Positions 1-7,999 of a DNA stretch of 12,032 nucleotides are shown piece after piece. This stretch comes from Octopus sinensis (taxonomy: Eukaryota). The DNA lies in NCBI RefSeq assembly GCF_006345805.1, contig NW_021826754.1, forward strand, positions 1 to 12,032, written 5' to 3'. Position 1 is the stretch's first letter. Every line of letters begins with the position of its first letter. The position numbers and the translations under genes were made by a program. A model generated the notes under the pieces. It was not told the origin of the DNA. It searched no databases and saw only the letters and a list, made by a program, of their open reading frames with translations.

Positions 1-534
1 TAAATTTTATAGAGCGGAAAGCTTATAAACACAGTTTGTTTCTGTTATTTCTTGAACCGTTTCCGTATCTTTTTAGCTAGAATAAGGACAAATTAGTCTA
101 CCCTCTCTTGAAGCAGCAATAATTTCAATAAAGCAAGAATATACCTTTTACTCTTTTTAATATAATTCTATTCATGCTTTTTCAAATGCATGTTGCTAAA
201 CACTGTGGGTCACTTCACCTGGACAATATTCTTTACATTTACGAAATTTATCTGTGCCATTGATATGAACTTATATCGGTATATGTCAATGTATCTCCCT
301 TGCTGCACATAATATAGGAGACTCGCAGCGCTGATGGCATCTATGAAGGCCAAACCACTCATCACCTGATGTCATTTTTTTGGCTGACAATCATTGGAGA
401 TAATGAATGCTGAGATTATTTTCACATCTTCACATCTGGAGTTGGTATCAATTGTCACGGTCTGATTAATGTCTTCTATGTGGGAGAAGCAGCATGGCTT
501 ATTGGCCAGTGTATTCGGCTCAAAATTCGGCATC

Positions 535-796
535 ATGCCCTTGTGCAAGATCCTTATTTCCCATTGCTCATGGGGCCTGTTACCCGGTTTCCGCGGGGTG
601 TATATTCTCTCCACCCCACCACTGGAAAAGACGCTGGTCCATCGTAGGACTGTTCATTTTGCAAGCTGAGTAATGCGTAGTAACGTAAAATGAAATGTTT
701 TGCTGAAGAACATAACACATCTCCCTGGCCAGGTATCGAACCTACATTCCTCCAATCTTGTATTCAACATCCTAATCACTAAGTGACCCGCCTCCA
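535..796 (-). mobile_element. tRNA-derived SINE, family A (diverged copy)
   Basis: The minus strand begins TGGAGGCGGGTCACTTAGTGATTAGG (degenerate A box) and has B box GGTTCGATACC (plus 732-742). It then shows TTATGTTCTTCAGCAAAACA, CTACGATGGACCAGCGTC and GCGGAAACCGGGTAACAGGCCCCATG, which align with the plus-strand copy at 4966-5283. The 3' boundary is approximate. Confidence 0.75.
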
Positions 797-1104
797 GCAT
801 CGTGATGGACAACGGGTCACCGACGATTTTTCTCCTATGTTATCTCTACTCTGGGATCTTTGATTTCTGAGCATTGTTGGTTTCTTTAGAATTTTTCCCT
901 CGGGGAAGGTCCTTCCTTTCCTAATTCTCGTCAGTTAAGAATTTTCCTCGATTATTCTATATCTTTGCTTTTATCTACGTAGGGGAGCTGACCCTCAAGA
1001 AACCGATTTTTACCTGGGGGAAAATCTAATGCTTATTAGACTCACCTCCAAGTCAACATGTGAAGATGTAAGCAAAACAAGTCCAAGATGCACGCATATT
1101 GCTA

Positions 1105-1203
1105 CATACACACACGCGCACACACTCACATATAGAATCACACACATTTTGTATATACATGCACACACATATATATATATATATACATATAAATATGTAT
1201 GTC

Positions 1204-1241
<38 letters not shown>

Positions 1242-1278
1242 CACACATATATATATATATACATATATATACATACCT

Positions 1279-1323
<45 letters not shown>

Positions 1324-1332
1324 CATATACAT
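1105..1332. repeat. compound (CA)n/(TA)n microsatellite
   Basis: Alternating CACA, TATA and TATG runs are directly visible. Confidence 0.95.
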
Positions 1333-1436
1333 CATATCACCGTCATCAGCCTCGGGCTTCACCACAAATCCACGAACTCTCTATACAGCCTGAATCAGTG
1401 TTACATTCTCACTCTAAAAACACAAATTCCCTTCGG

Positions 1437-1765
1437 ACTCAACACAAACCCCCTCCTATCAATATCTCTCCCTACACCCTCCTTAAAATCTTTTTATCCT
1501 ATTTCATATTCACTCACTCTTTATAATTCTTATTCAGTTTCTATCGATTTTTAATTCTTTATTTTCCGTCGTAGTTATTTATTTTGATCATTTTATTCTA
1601 TTTTATTTTATCTATTTTTTATCTCATCTTATTTTTTTCATTTTATCATTGTACTAATTTCTACTTTTTATATTTTTAATTTATTTATCTTGTATCTTTT
1701 ATTTTTATTCTATTTTTCATTTATTTTTATTTTTCATTTTCAATTTTTCTCACTTTAGTCTGTAA
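1437..1765. repeat. G-depleted, pyrimidine/T-rich low-complexity tract
   Basis: There is no G on the plus strand from 1437 to 1536 and only a handful to about 1757. The second half is TTTTA/TTTC-like. Confidence 0.85.
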
Positions 1766-1769
1766 TTTG

Positions 1770-1775
1770 TATATA

Positions 1776-1813
<38 letters not shown>

Positions 1814-2020
1814 GCCCACCCACACGGACACATACTCACATGTAAATACAAGCACATACACATACAAGCTCGCAAACACACACGAATGCACCGGCCGCAT
1901 GCACACACACGCACTCAGTTACTGCCACGCAAACACTCACAAACCTATTTAGTTACTGCCACACATGCTACCATACACACACATGCTATCACACACACAC
2001 GTGCACATACCCACACATAC
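1770..2020. repeat. (TA)n followed by decayed (CA)n microsatellite
   Basis: Pure TA run at about 1783-1810, then an interrupted CACAC-rich tract. Confidence 0.9.
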
Positions 2021-2099
2021 AAACAGATACCTCCTTCCCTTACAATGTCCTGCTTTGGAAAGCACCTTTTCTTTGTCCATCCACTTTCGGTCCTTCCAC

Positions 2100-2292
2100 A
2101 ATATAACTACATATGGACTGCTGGCGACTTTTTTCCTCCGTTTTCCCTTTCTTTTGGACTTTCTTGAGCTTCCTGTTATGAAGAAGTGCTTTGTACGAAA
2201 CGTAAAAGACATTCTCGCTTCCCGAGCGTTAAACTAATACATCTGTTTGTTGTTACAACACCTGTCTTCGTCTATTGCGGTTTTGCAAATTC

Positions 2293-2297
<5 letters not shown>
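2100..2297 (+). mobile_element. putative Penelope-like element terminal (pseudo-LTR) fragment with a degenerate hammerhead-like motif
   Basis: Contains ATGAAGA-A-GTGC-TTT-GTAC-GAAACGTA (2178-2204), which matches the layout of minimal PLE-associated hammerheads except at C3. It ends abruptly at a (TA)n array. The 5' boundary is uncertain and the family assignment rests partly on unverified recall of octopod repeats. Confidence 0.45.
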
Positions 2298-2359
<62 letters not shown>

Positions 2360-2380
2360 GATATATATAATATATAATAC

Positions 2381-2425
<45 letters not shown>

Positions 2426-2587
2426 ATATATATACATATACATATATATATATTGATACAAGTATATGTATATATATACATATTCATATAAATATATATA
2501 TACATATATTTATACATACATAAATATGCATACACATATATACATATATATATATACGCATATATAAATACATATATATACATATAT

Positions 2588-2620
<33 letters not shown>

Positions 2621-2637
2621 TATATACATATATATAC
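2298..2637. repeat. long interrupted (TA)n / (TATACA)n microsatellite
   Basis: About 340 nt of TA dinucleotides with C/G interruptions. Confidence 0.97.
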
Positions 2638-2712
2638 AGTTCTATATTTAAGACATGAGAAATTATATACAGTGTATATTATTTAAATTTGACGGATATT
2701 TGTCCTCTTCTT
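2638..2712 (-). mobile_element. possible Penelope-like element 3' terminal fragment
   Basis: The minus strand reads AAGAAGAGGACAAATATCCGTCAAATTTAAATAAT...CTCATGTCTTAAATATAGAACT and runs straight into the TA array. It resembles a repeat terminus I recall from octopod DNA (unverified). No diagnostic motif lies within the fragment. Confidence 0.3.
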
Positions 2713-2770
2713 GAGATTGAACCTGATGTTACAGAGAAAACATCTTAATCACGTAGCCATGCCTGTGTCT
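2713..2770 (-). mobile_element. isolated tRNA-like head of SINE family B
   Basis: Minus-strand CAGGCATGGCTACGTGATTAAGATG matches the family B head CAGGCGTGGCTAAGTGGTAAGAAG (5324). It is followed by B-box-like GGTTCAATC (plus 2715-2723). The body is absent. Confidence 0.55.
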
Positions 2771-3112
2771 AGCCGTATACCTCTAACTTTCTTTACGCTG
2801 CTCAGACCTTCAAAAAGTCACAATGCTATATTACTGGCAAACTGGTGAACTTCCATTAATTGAAAATTTTTGTGAATTTCTTTCAGGAAATATTGTCTCA
2901 GTATTCACAGAAAATTAGTAAACGGAACACGAGACCTTCGCGAATGACCAAAGAATCGTAGACCGTCCAATACCTTTTATTGGCTCTATGTTGGGATACA
3001 GAGCAAATTTATACAACTGGCGAGAGTTGTATCCAGAGTACAGAAATCCAAAACGAATCCAAATTGCTTTTTTATCTCATCTTCTAACACCTCCACGAAT
3101 TCTCAACTTACG

Positions 3113-3117
3113 CATAC

Positions 3118-3148
<31 letters not shown>

Positions 3149-3280
3149 TGTATGTATGTATGTATGTATGTATGTATGTATGTATGTATGTATGTACCAA
3201 TCTATCAATCTCTCTCTCTCTATCTCTCTCTGTATATATATATATATATATAATTATATGTATGTGTGTATGTATATGTA
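3113..3280. repeat. (TATG)n tetranucleotide array plus (CT)n and (TA)n
   Basis: About 19 perfect TATG units at 3119-3196, then CT and TA runs. Confidence 0.97.
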
Positions 3281-3498
3281 AGGTCAGGAGTGGAGGTGTG
3301 ATAAGTAGCTTGCTTACCAACCACATGGTTCCGGGTTTAGCCCCGACTGCATGGCACCTTGGGCAAGTGTCTTCTACTATAGCCTCGGGCCGACCAAAGC
3401 CTTGTGAGTGGATTAGGTAGACGGAAACTGAAAGACGCCCGTCGTAATATATAATATATATATCTTATATATATATATTGTGTGTGTGTGGTGTGTGT

Positions 3499-3540
<42 letters not shown>

Positions 3541-3753
3541 TGTGTTTGTATTTGTACCCCCAACATCGCTTGACAACCGATGATGGTTTATTTTCCCATA
3601 ATTTAGCGGTTCGGCAAAGGACACCGATAGAATAAGTACTAGACTTGCAAAGAATAAGTTCTACAATCGATTTTCTCGACTAAAGGCGGTGCTCCAGCAT
3701 GGCCGCAACCAAACGACTAAAACAAATAAAAGAGCAAAGAGAATAAAAGAGTA
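3281..3753 (+). mobile_element. tRNA-derived SINE, family B (full length, internal TA/TG microsatellite)
   Basis: Has a tRNA-like head, then ACCTTGGGCAAGTGTCTT (3356-3373), which resembles the start of the CORE-SINE domain. An internal (TA)(TG)n tract lies at 3446-3550, followed by the 3' block AAGGCGGTGCTCCAGCATGGCCGCA and an AAAGAG-type tail. Colinear with 5321-5852. Confidence 0.85.
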
Positions 3754-4344
3754 TATACGTCTGCATCTGTGTGTGTGTGAGCGTGCGTTGGCAAGTGTAA
3801 AACTTTCCGCAGTGTTTCTTCACCAAAATCATCAAATACATCAAGATACGTATATTTTACTCAAACAGCGTCCATTGTCTAATTTATTTATCTCTATTTT
3901 ATCTGTTTACAATAAATAACGAATCTATGTCTGTATCAACGTCGAAGGACGAAAGCTGCAAGTTTATTGTACTTCAACTAATATTTACTATATCGATAGA
4001 TCTTTCAACGTACCACTTCACTTAAGTGTATAATATATTTTTTATTGAATGTCTAAATCATTTCATATGTTGTTGGGATTCAACAGCTAATGAAATCTTT
4101 TATTCTCGCCATTTTCTCTTTATCCACAAGGATATTTCAGATATTTAGATTGTCTTCGCTAGTAGAGACTTTTAATTAATTACCTCGCCGATTTAGATTT
4201 CATACTCGATGAGTTTAGTAAATTACCGTTTTATCTTATTTTATTCGCAATTTCAAAACCGTGAAGTATTTGCCTGCGATTCTAAACAAATAAACAATAT
4301 CAAAACTCAAAAGAAAAAACAAAAAGGAAAAATGTTACGTTTTA

Positions 4345-4420
4345 CAATGGCGCAGAAAAAGCAGTAATGTAAGTGCTTAGCGAAAATCTTACTGTCTTTA
4401 TGTTCTACAGACTTTGGCTA
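4345..4420 (+). mobile_element. possible heavily decayed SINE family C remnant
   Basis: TGCTTAGCG...CTGTCTTTATGTTCT (4374-4406) matches family C segments in this window (ACTTAGCAG..ATGTTCT at 9201-9232; CTGTCTTTAGGTTCT on the minus strand near 8690). The B box is missing. Confidence 0.3.
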
Positions 4421-4615
4421 ATGATATCTATTATTTGTTATGGCTTTGGTAGGAATTTAAATTGCGTCATCCTTGCCTTATATTGTTCCACTAGAAGCAG
4501 AGATCGAAATAATCTTCAGTATGTTTAGAACAAAGAATAAGGCGAAATGGTGTAAAGAAGACTCCGTGCGGTGTCCAATATGGCTTCGTAATAAGTCAGT
4601 CTCTAACCAACAAAT

Positions 4616-4821
4616 CATCATCATTGTTCGACCGTGGTCGGGACAATGGAATTTACCATGCTACGCCAGACTTCACGGTCCATCATGGCATTACGGAGGT
4701 CCTGTTGCTGGATGCCTGTATCCCTGGAGATCACATCAGGGTAGGAGAGCGTGCGCCCTCTGTTATTGCGAGTAGATGGCTTCCAGAAGAGAAGAGTAGA
4801 TATTGCCTCGTTTTTAGCTCT
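4616..4821 (-). mobile_element. 5'-truncated RTE-clade LINE, 3' end with (TGA)n tail
   Basis: The minus frame reads RAKNEAISTLLFWKPSTRNNRGRTLSYPDVISRDTGIQQQDLRNAMMDREVWRSMVNSIVPTTVEQ*, matching the RTE ORF C-terminal pattern (W.P....RGR...D.I..D...A.DR..WR). The tail is ATGATGATGAT. A perfect 10-bp TSD ACCAACAAAT lies at 4606-4615 and 4822-4831. Confidence 0.9.
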
Positions 4822-4965
4822 ACCAACAAATATGCGAACAATTAATTCGGTTTTCGCGCAATTTGCGTGATTGAGTTTATATTAACAATATTTGAATTAA
4901 GCCCTGATAATCTTTCAGATGTTCTGTGTTCGAGAAGGAAATTTTATTCGCTACTGATGGGCAGT

Positions 4966-5283
4966 GTGGAGGTGCAATGGCCCAGTGGTTAGGACAGCGG
5001 ACTCGCGGTCGGAGGATCGCGGTTTCGATTCTCAGACCGGGCGTTGTGTTTCTTGAGCGAAAACACCCAAAAGTTCCACGGGGCTCCGGCAGGGTCTGGT
5101 GGCGACCCATGTATACTCTTTCGCACCAACTTTCTTTCGAACTTTCTTCCTGTTTCTTGAGTAACGCTGCGATGGACTGGCGTCCCGTCCAGCTGGAGGG
5201 AACACATGCGCCACAGAAACCGGGAAATCGGGCCAATGGGCCTGGCTAGGCTTGTAGAGGGCGCCTAAATAAATAAATAAAAA
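4966..5283 (+). mobile_element. tRNA-derived SINE, family A (full length)
   Basis: A box TGGCCCAGTGGTTAGG (4978-4993) and B box GGTTTCGATTCTC (from 5021). The central block CTGCGATGGACTGGCGTCCCGTCCAG resembles the Meta/V-SINE conserved block (recall, unverified). Ends in a (TAAA)n tail. A 14-bp TSD with 2 mismatches: TACTGATGGGCAGT (4952-4965) / TACTAATGAGCAGT (5284-5297). Confidence 0.88.
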
Positions 5284-5320
5284 TACTAATGAGCAGTATA
5301 TATACTCACCACACAGCTAC

Positions 5321-5852
5321 GTGCAGGCGTGGCTAAGTGGTAAGAAGTTTGCTTCCTAGTCACATGAATTTCGGTTCAGTGCCACAGCGTGGCACATTGA
5401 GTAGGGTTCTTCTGCGACCAAAGACTTATGAATGGATTTCGGGGAAGGAAACTCAAAGGTCTGGCGTGTATGTGTCTGTGTGTGTTAATGTGTTTGTTGG
5501 TATGTGCGTGGGTGTATATGTGTGTGAATGTATGTCTGTGAGTGTGTGCGTGTGGGTATCTACGTGTCTTTGTGTCAGTATTTACCTCCCCTCACTCCTT
5601 GACATTCGATGTTGGCGGGTTTACTTCCCTGTAACGACAGTTTGTTAAAAAAGACTGAGTGAATAATTTACCAGGTTATCAAAATAAAATAAAATAAAAT
5701 AAAATAAAATAAATAAATAATAAATCTCTAAAAAGGGTGAAAATAAAAATAGAAGTAAAAGGAAAGTATTAATGTCGATTCTTTTGAATAAAATTCTTTA
5801 AGGCGGTGCCGCAGCATGACCGCAGTCTAATGACTTGAACAAGTAAAAGATA
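5321..5852 (+). mobile_element. tRNA-derived SINE, family B (older copy)
   Basis: Head GTGCAGGCGTGGCTAAGTGGTAAG and B box GGTTCAGTGCC (5373-5383). Contains a decayed internal TG tract, an (AAAAT)n expansion at about 5682-5725, and the 3' block AAGGCGGTGCCGCAGCATGACCGCAG. Possible 6-bp TSD AGCTAC (5315-5320 / 5855-5860). Confidence 0.8.
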
Positions 5853-5984
5853 TGAGCTACTAACTCCTTCAAACTATTTCACGTCTTCAGATGCCATTAC
5901 CGTTGTTACCCCGCAGACGCCTACCACTACACGTAGATTTCTTTTATTTAACCTATGATAGATCCATCTTGTAATGTAAATCCT

Positions 5985-6312
5985 ATCTTTCCCAATCTGC
6001 GGCAGATTAGGCAGGAGGACCTGGAGTGGTAGAGTAACAAATGACCTAGTATTAGAAAGCTGAACGTCCAAAGATATCTATTGTCGGGAAACAAATCGCC
6101 CAACATTATCCTATTTACGAAAAGGAATGCGGAAGAAACTACTGCCATCCCGAGGGGTTGTTTGAAAGGGAAGAGTGCAAGCGACCGTTCTGGATCGACG
6201 ACATGAAAAAATGAATTCGAAACAAGAACCGGGTTGTGCCTGTAGCACAAGAGGCGACTAGAGAGACTCAGTAAGTCTACGTCTGGACACATAGAAGTAC
6301 CGAACTGATGAG
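5985..6312 (+). mobile_element. decayed RTE-like LINE 3' fragment (different family)
   Basis: One plus frame gives FPICGRLGRRTWSGRVTNDLVLE (RTE pattern F..C.RR....W...VTN..VL). After a frameshift a second frame gives EGLFEREECKRPFWIDDMKK (RTE pattern EG.R.RGRP..W.DD.K). Contains stops and ends near TGATGAG. Confidence 0.55.
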
Positions 6313-6584
6313 GGATGGAAAACAAAAATGCCGAAACTACGGGCCATGGAACGAAATTCTTTACTGCTAAGATATACGACCTTTAATTACATGTAAGCAA
6401 GAGAGTATTGAGAGAGCAAGGTTCTTGTAGCCTCAGTAACTCTCCTGGTCTTCTGAAAACTCGGATCTAAATCTAGGGATTTCTGGATATTCACATTAAT
6501 TACATCATCCTCATGTTTCAATATTAGAGATGTGGCAGACAACAGAATATTTATGAAGCCAAGTTGACTTAATCCTTAATTCCC

Positions 6585-6752
6585 CTGTCTGAGTTTGAGA
6601 CATACATACCAATTCCAAGTCCTCGGTGATCAACTTTGCGTTTAATCTTTCGAGATCGATAAAATAAAAATATAGTTGAGCACTTGGGTCGTTATAATCG
6701 ACCTAAGCTTTCCCTTAATACGGCTGGTATTATGCCAGAATTTGTAACAGTT
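6585..6752 (+). mobile_element. diverged SINE family C fragment
   Basis: CAACTTTGCGTTTAATCTTTCGAGATCGATAAAATAA...AGTTGAGCACTTGGGTCGTTATAATCGAC...TGCCAGAATTTGTAAC aligns with the body and tail of 9158-9365. The head is poorly preserved. Confidence 0.6.
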
Positions 6753-6826
6753 GATACATTTGGTAGTAGTAGCAGTAGTAGCAATAGGGTGTGAAACACA
6801 TTTATTTGACACATGGTAAAAATAAC

Positions 6827-7092
6827 GTGGTCGAAGCAATGGAATTTACCATGCTACGCCAGACTTCACGGTCCATCATAGCATTACGGAGGTCCTGTTA
6901 CTGGATGCCTATATCCTTGGAGATTACATCAGGGTAGGAGAGTGTGCGCCCTCTGGTATTGCGAGTAGATGGCTTCCAGAGGAGAAGAGTAGAAATTGCC
7001 TGGTTTTCAGCTCTACAACAATGTCCAGCTAACTGGACTCTCCTACCTTTCACAAGAGATGACACAGGTCGAGCAATGATGATGATGATGAT
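6827..7092. mobile_element. RTE-clade LINE 3' fragment with inverted body (body on minus, tail on plus)
   Basis: 6827-7066 on the minus strand encodes PVSSLVKGRRVQLAGHCCRAENQAISTLLLWKPSTRNTRGRTLSYPDVISKDIGIQ*QDLRNAMMDREVWRSMVNSIAST, with about 14 mismatches over about 190 nt versus 4634-4823 (manual count). 7067-7092 is the element's last GGTCGAGCAA plus the (TGA)n tail in plus orientation. TSD GTAAAAATAAC lies at 6816-6826 and 7093-7103. Confidence 0.9.
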
Positions 7093-7934
7093 GTAAAAAT
7101 AACCAAGATGGCATTTCATGACAAACCATTCATATTCGCAGTCCAAATTTCATGGATGTCAGCAGCAAAGTGTGTGTAGTCTGGGAAATTTTCTCTATAA
7201 AATGTACGACCATTTTGACATTTTTTTGTTGTTGGCATTATGTTTATACTATATGACTGTCTGGCAGAGAAATGTTCGTTATTTTAATATTTTACTCCGC
7301 TCTGTATCCCTCTCAATGATGGGCATGTATCCCCCAGACATTTTTGTTAGACATGCTCATTTAATAAACGAGTCATCATTAACAAAGTAATTTTGATTAA
7401 TTAGCATTTCTCTGCTTACTTCATCAAGTATACGACAGTCCACATTATTGCTAATGACTTTAGCTGTCTAAAACAACTTGATCCGCATCAGAAATGCGAT
7501 CTTACAACACTTATGACATTTTCTATTATTTTCATTTCATAAACTTTAACCGAACATCGCGCTGATATTTGACCTCGGATATAAAATCTAGTATGATAGC
7601 TTGCAGCGTTGATGTAATTGAATCGAAATACCAAAAAAAAAATAATAATAATAGTAGTATGGAATCAAATATTATGAGAGAATTTTATTCATCCAATTTT
7701 CTTTGCTTAGGCCAATTCCAAATCGTAACTAAGACACTGAATGTGAAATTCCTGTAAACGTTAACCAAAATTTGAAATTTAAATTACTTCCAGCGTCATA
7801 AAAAAAATATATTCAATTGAAAAATGAAATTCAATTTAAATCTTAATTTTCTCAGGAGAAAATTATTCACCTTAGTTATTAACTTTACATGGGCATTAGT
7901 GGATAATTGTATAAGACTAATAGAAATCAATCAA

Positions 7935-7999
7935 ATTATTACTATTATTATTATTATTATTATTATTGTTGTTGTTGTTGTTATTATTATGTTATTGTT
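7935..7999. repeat. (ATT)n/(GTT)n trinucleotide microsatellite
   Basis: ATT run switching to GTT and back. Confidence 0.95.

Noticed and set aside
1040-1101. Minus-strand 56-nt exon with perfect donor GAG|GTGAGT
   Set aside because: The acceptor comes from a TG microsatellite with no polypyrimidine tract, and the peptide is unrecognisable.
1010-2601. Many ORFs rich in Y/I/H/T/M/C/V (also 2988-3420, 10484-11066, 11248-12020)
   Set aside because: They are translations of TA, CA, TATG and TATC microsatellites, which simply lack stop codons.
2870-2960. Acceptor TTTCTTTCAG|G at 2887
   Set aside because: No convincing donor follows, all frames close within about 75 nt, and there is no supporting motif.
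4369-4454. Donor GTAAGT at 4369 and a 38-nt micro-exon 4411-4448 (LWLMISIICYGF)
   Set aside because: The implied intron is only 42 nt, the acceptor region looks SINE C-derived, and no partner exon was found.
4966-5040. tRNA gene suggested by A and B boxes
   Set aside because: No complete cloverleaf or acceptor stem is evident. It continues into a SINE body with a tail and TSD. The same applies to the other heads.
4877-5648. ORFs of 60-119 aa over the SINEs (also 3337-3624, 8868-9150, 9116-9298)
   Set aside because: They lie within GC-richer SINE bodies on either strand and show no recognisable protein motifs.
6305-6337. Hammerhead-like CTGATGA-GGGAT...ATGCC-GAAAC
   Set aside because: The core and an imperfect stem II are present, but I could not form both stem I and stem III around any nearby NUH triplet. 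It is probably the TGATGA tail of the decayed RTE plus chance.
7118-7390. 90-aa ORF with a hydrophobic stretch (DIFLLLALCLYYMTVW)
   Set aside because: The hydrophobicity follows from T-rich DNA. There are no clear splice signals and no family resemblance.
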